In this document: piece after piece, positions 27,577-31,837 of the stretch
How the letters are laid out: every line of letters begins with the position of its first letter
Numbering within the stretch: the stretch's first letter is position 1
IMG/VR virus record: IMGVR_UViG_2869947659_000006
Direction: 5' to 3' (one strand)
DNA: 31,837 nucleotides
Source of the DNA: a virus
Lineage: Duplodnaviria > Heunggongvirae > Uroviricota > Caudoviricetes
The notes under the pieces: generated by a model
What the model saw: the letters and a program-made list of their open reading frames with translations, nothing else
Databases searched by the model: none
Told to the model about the DNA's origin: nothing
Position numbers and translations under genes: made by a program

Positions 27577-28673
27577 ATTTCAGCTCTGAACTGCTTAACA
27601 AAGGCAACAAAACTCCGGCATTCAGCATCAGTATTGAAGGCAGGGATATCACCACTGTGCTGGACAACCGCCTGATGGGGCTGACGCTGACGGATAACCG
27701 GGGCTTTGAAGCGGACCAGCTTGATCTGGAGCTGGACGACGCCGATGGAAAAATCGTGCTGCCGCGCCGTGGGGCTGTCATTACGCTGGCGCTGGGCTGG
27801 AAGGGACAGCCGCTTTTCCCGAAAGGGGCATTCACGGTGGACGAGATTGAACACACTGGCGCACCGGATCGCCTGACTATCCGGGCGCGAAGTGCTGATT
27901 TTCGTGAAACGCTGAATACCCGCCGTGAAAAGTCGTGGCACAAGACCACCGTTGGGGAAGTGGTGAAGGAAATAGCTGCGCGGCACAAACTGAAGATGGC
28001 ATTGGGTGAAGACTTGTCGGATAAACTCGTGGAGCATATAGACCAGACTAATGAGAGTGACGGCAGTTTTTTGATGCGGCTGGCGCGCCAGTACGGTGCT
28101 ATTGCGTCGGTGAAAAATGGCAATCTGTTATTCATCCGGCAGGGGCAGGGTAAAAGCGCCAGCGGTAAACCACTACCGGTGATCACTATCACACGCAAGG
28201 ACGGCGACAGTCACCGCTTTACCCTGGCAGATCGCGGAGCTTACACGGGCGTCATTGCCAGCTGGTTGCATACCCGCGAACCCGCGAAGAAAGAAAGCAC
28301 CACGGTGAAGCGTAAGCGCAGGACTAAGAAGCAGAAGAAAGAGCCGGAAGCGAAGCAGGGCGATTACCTGGTGGGTACGGATGAAAACGTGCTGGTACTT
28401 AATCGCACTTATGCCAACCGGAGCAACGCCGAACGGGCAGCGAAAATGCAGTGGGAACGCCTGCAACGCGGCGTTACATCATTCTCGCTACAACTGGCGG
28501 AAGGGCGGGCAGATCTCTACACAGAAATGCCTGTGAAGGTCAGTGGCTTTAAACAGCCGCTAGATGATGCGGAATGGACCATTACGACTCTGACGCATAC
28601 TGTCAGCCCGGATAACGGTTTTACGACCAGTCTGGAGCTTGAAGTGAGGATTGATGATTTCGAAATGGAATGA
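27573..28673 (+). CDS. D: Tail protein / late control gene D homolog
   Basis: 366 aa; GTG start overlapping the U stop. Confidence 0.9.
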   Translation: MNFSSELLNKGNKTPAFSISIEGRDITTVLDNRLMGLTLTDNRGFEADQLDLELDDADGKIVLPRRGAVITLALGWKGQPLFPKGAFTVDEIEHTGAPDRLTIRARSADFRETLNTRREKSWHKTTVGEVVKEIAARHKLKMALGEDLSDKLVEHIDQTNESDGSFLMRLARQYGAIASVKNGNLLFIRQGQGKSASGKPLPVITITRKDGDSHRFTLADRGAYTGVIASWLHTREPAKKESTTVKRKRRTKKQKKEPEAKQGDYLVGTDENVLVLNRTYANRSNAERAAKMQWERLQRGVTSFSLQLAEGRADLYTEMPVKVSGFKQPLDDAEWTITTLTHTVSPDNGFTTSLELEVRIDDFEME

Positions 28674-28763
28674 TTCTTCGCAATGGAGAACTTTTAAGTT
28701 TGCAAAATGGAATAATGCGGTATCATTATTGTGAATTTAGCAAAAATGGGGAGGGCTCGAAAA

Positions 28764-28982
28764 ATGATGATTTGCCCACTGTGTGGAAGTGCCGCCCATA
28801 CTCGCAGCAGTTTTCAGGTATCTTCATTGACCAAAGAGCGTTACAACCAGTGCCAGAACATTAACTGCAGCCATACTTTTGTTACCCATGAAACTTTTGT
28901 TCGTTCGATTGCAACGCCAAAAGAGTCAAATCCGGTTCAGCCGCATCCAATGAAATCAGGACAGGTGGCGCTCTCTCTTTGA
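28764..28982 (+). CDS. ogr: Ogr-type zinc-finger late transcription activator
   Basis: MMICPLCGSAAHTRSS...ERYNQCQNINCSHTF; Cys4 spacing as in P2 Ogr; GGGAGGG ribosome-binding site. Confidence 0.85.
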   Translation: MMICPLCGSAAHTRSSFQVSSLTKERYNQCQNINCSHTFVTHETFVRSIATPKESNPVQPHPMKSGQVALSL

Positions 28983-29067
28983 CGCTGCCGCCATTTTGTC
29001 GCCATCGTTAAAAAACAGTGCTTCTAACATCATGATTTTAAAAGGCATAAATTTCAGACAACAAAAA

Positions 29068-29104
29068 ACCCATCAACCTTGAACCGAAATGGCGGGGTTG
29101 ATGG
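29068..29104 (-). terminator. Rho-independent terminator-like hairpin downstream of ybjL
   Basis: Stem CCCATCAACC/GGTTGATGGG; on the minus strand it is followed by a T-run (plus-strand A-run at 29062-29067). Confidence 0.45.
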
Positions 29105-29217
29105 GCTCCACAAAATGGGGACATCAAAGAAAAGCAGTGGCACTAATTAAGACTGATGCCCTGCGGAAAAGTTCTGCGGTTGTGCAAAAAAATTTCATTT
29201 TCAGGGCAACTTCAGTT

Positions 29218-30903
29218 TTATCCTAATCCTGGCCATACCATGACGATGATTGTCCCTGCCAGCGTCAGCAGGACGTTGGCGATTGCGTAGGTGCCCGCAT
29301 AGCCCAGCGCAGGGATGTTACTGCGAGCTGTATCACTGATGATCTCCATTGCCGGCGCGCAGGTGCGTGCGCCCATCATTGCGCCGAACAACAGTGCGCG
29401 GTTCATTCGCAATACATAAGCACCGAACAAGAAACAGATAACCACGGGCACAAGACTGACAATTAATCCGGCAATCAACATCTGACCGCCAATCGCGCCC
29501 AGGCCGTTATTAATACCGCTACCGGCGCTCAGACCAACGCCTGCCATAAACACCATCAAGCCGAACTCTTTCACCATGCTTAATGCACCTTGCGGAATGT
29601 AACCGAAGGTCGGGTGGTTAGCACGCATAAAGCCCAGCATAATTCCGGCGAATAACAACCCGGCAGCGTTCCCCATGCCGAAACTGAATGTGCTGAACTG
29701 GAAGGTGATCATCCCGATCATCAGCCCAATAACAAAGAAGGCGCAAAATGCCAGCAGGTCAGTGACCTGGCTGTGAATCGAGATAAAGCCGATGCGATCG
29801 GCGATGGTTTTTACGCGACGGGCATCACCGCTGACTTGTAAAACGTCACCTTTGTTAAGCACGACGTTGTCATCTATCGGCATCTCAATCTGGCTACGAA
29901 TGACGCGGTTAAGGAAGCAACCGTGATCGGTCAACTTCAGTTGTGCGAGACGTTTACCTACAGCGTTATGGTTTTTAACGACCACTTCTTCAGTGACGAT
30001 ACGCATGTCGAGAAGGTCACGATCGAAAACTTCTTTACCGTTACGGAAGCTGGGATCGAGTCGGGCATGGGCGTCGGGATAGCCTACCAACGCTATTTCA
30101 TCGCCCATTTGTAGCACGGCATCACCGTCTGGATTTGCCAGAATCCCGTTACGTCGAATACGTTCAATGTAGCAGCCGGTTTGTCGATAAATACCCAGTT
30201 CACGCAGATTTTTGCCGTCGGTCCAGGCCACCAGCTCCGGGCCGACGCGATAGGCGCGGATCACCGGTAAATAAACCTTACGGTTGGCATCAGTGTCCAG
30301 GCCACGTTCGCGGGCGATTTGCTGGGCGCTGGTCTGTAAGTCCTGATGCTGCAATTTCGGCAAGTAACGCGCACCAACAATCAAACTCACCAGACCGATT
30401 AAATAGGTTAAGGCATACCCGAGGCTCAGATTATCCAGTGCCAGTGAGAGCTGCCTGCTTTCCATGCCGGAATGACGCAGTGTATCGCCAGCACCGACCA
30501 GAACCGGTGTCGACGTCATAGAGCCTGCTAACATACCGGCCGTCAGGCCAATATCCCAGCCAAACAGCTTACCTAACCCTAAGGCGATCACCAGCGCACT
30601 GCCAACCATCACCAGTGCTAACATTAGGTAATTTTTCCCATCGCGAAAAAAAATGGAAAAAAAGTTCGGTCCGGCTTCGACCCCGACGCAGAAAATAAAC
30701 AGCATAAAGCCAAGATTAAGCGCATCGGTGTTAATGCTGAAATGTTGTTGGCCTAATAACAGCGATACGACTAAAACGCCAATGGAATTACCCAGTTGGA
30801 TCGAACCAAGTCGTAACTTTCCGAGACATAGCCCAAGCGCGAGGACCACAAATAATAACAGAATGTAATTCCCATTTAACAATTCGGCGACGTTTATATT
30901 CAC
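29218..30903 (-). CDS. ybjL: Putative transport protein YbjL (host gene)
   Basis: 561 aa; recognised as E. coli YbjL; GTG start. Confidence 0.9.
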
Positions 30904-31172
30904 GGAGGCTAACTTCTTGTTTACTAGTAAGCTGTTGAAAGAAATGGTAATTTACGATAATGTTTTTTACCAGAATTCAGGGCGCAGATTCATTCAGCGC
31001 ACCTAAACGATAGTAAAGTAACAATATATTTTACTAGTGTAATCACATTAGGTATCAACGGCTATATGAATTGCGTTGGCCTATATTAGCATGGAATGCG
31101 AAGCGGCTTTATCTTACTGAACGCCACACTGGCGAAAAATGTGTTCGATAGACGCAGTGTCAGGAGGAACGA

Positions 31173-31550
31173 GTGAAACATAAACAACGTTGGGCGGGGG
31201 CAATCTGCTGTTTTGTCCTCTTCATTGTGGTGTGCCTTTTTCTGGCGACGCACATGAAAGGCGCTTTTCGGGCTGCCGGGCATCCTGAAATCGGCTTGCT
31301 GTTTTTCATTCTTCCTGGAGCAGTTGCCAGTTTCTTTTCACAGCGTAGAGAAGTCCTGAAACCTCTATTTGGCGCAATGCTGGCGGCACCCTGTTCAATG
31401 CTCATTATGCGGCTGTTTTTTTCACCGACGCGCTCATTCTGGCAAGAGCTGGCATGGTTACTAAGCGCGGTGTTCTGGTGTGCGCTGGGGGCACTGTGTT
31501 TCTTATTTATCAGTAGTTTGTTTAAACCACAGCACAGAAAAAATCAGTAA
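31173..31550 (+). CDS. ybjM: Inner membrane protein YbjM (host gene)
   Basis: 125 aa; GTG start after GGAGG. Confidence 0.85.
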   Translation: MKHKQRWAGAICCFVLFIVVCLFLATHMKGAFRAAGHPEIGLLFFILPGAVASFFSQRREVLKPLFGAMLAAPCSMLIMRLFFSPTRSFWQELAWLLSAVFWCALGALCFLFISSLFKPQHRKNQ

Positions 31551-31569
31551 AGCCCTCAACGCGAGGGCT
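31551..31569 (-). terminator. Hairpin between ybjM and grxA; likely the grxA terminator
   Basis: AGCCCTC-AACGC-GAGGGCT; a T-run follows on the minus strand after a few nucleotides. Confidence 0.35.
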
Positions 31570-31579
31570 TGTCAGACGA

Positions 31580-31837
31580 TCAGGCGTCCAGATTTTCTTT
31601 CACCCATGCAGCAAAATCGGTATAGCCGCCGATATGTTGCTGATCGACAAAAATCTGCGGCACGGTTTCTACGGGTTTACCTGCCTTTTGTTGTAGATCT
31701 TCTTTAGTGATCCCTTCCGCACGAATATCTACATACTGATACTGAAAATCATCGCGTTCATTGCTCAATTTCTCAGCCAGATCTTTTGCACGCACACAGT
31801 AAGGGCAACCCGAACGACCAAAAATAACGGTTTGCAT
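31580..31837 (-). CDS. grxA: Glutaredoxin 1 (host gene)
   Basis: 85 aa, MQTVIFGRSGCPYCVRAKDLAEKL..., with the CPYC active site. Confidence 0.9.
   Translation of the reverse strand: MQTVIFGRSGCPYCVRAKDLAEKLSNERDDFQYQYVDIRAEGITKEDLQQKAGKPVETVPQIFVDQQHIGGYTDFAAWVKENLDA

Overview
This window is most of a degraded P2-like prophage lying next to the host ybjL-ybjM-grxA locus (E. coli/Shigella-type backbone). It runs from a broken integrase on the left to ogr and the host junction on the right. The packaging, capsid, lysis and tail genes are in P2 order: P-Q (minus strand), O-N-M-L-X, lysis cassette, R-S, V-W-J-I-H-G, FI-FII-E/E'-T-U-D, ogr. Three insertion sequences are present: a partial IS911 at the left edge, an IS600-like IS3-family copy, and IS1. 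The early region (C, cox, B, A) and the integrase N-terminus are absent. Integrase, portal and tail-fibre genes each carry a single in-frame TAG, so the prophage looks immobilised. Two AT-rich cargo loci stand out. The strongest candidate for an uncharacterised antiphage system is a two-gene operon at 2488-5002, sitting where P2 carries tin/old: an ABC-type ATPase with an unassigned ~210-aa N-terminal domain, followed by an HNH nuclease (Septu-like). The second is a single 337-aa gene between S and V (14640-15653, minus strand), clipped at its 3' end by IS1. An invertible tail-fibre segment with a Gin/Hin-type invertase occupies the G-FI interval. All family names come from reading the translated ORFs and motifs from memory; no database search or computation was run, and coordinates of non-coding sites may be off by 1-2 bp.
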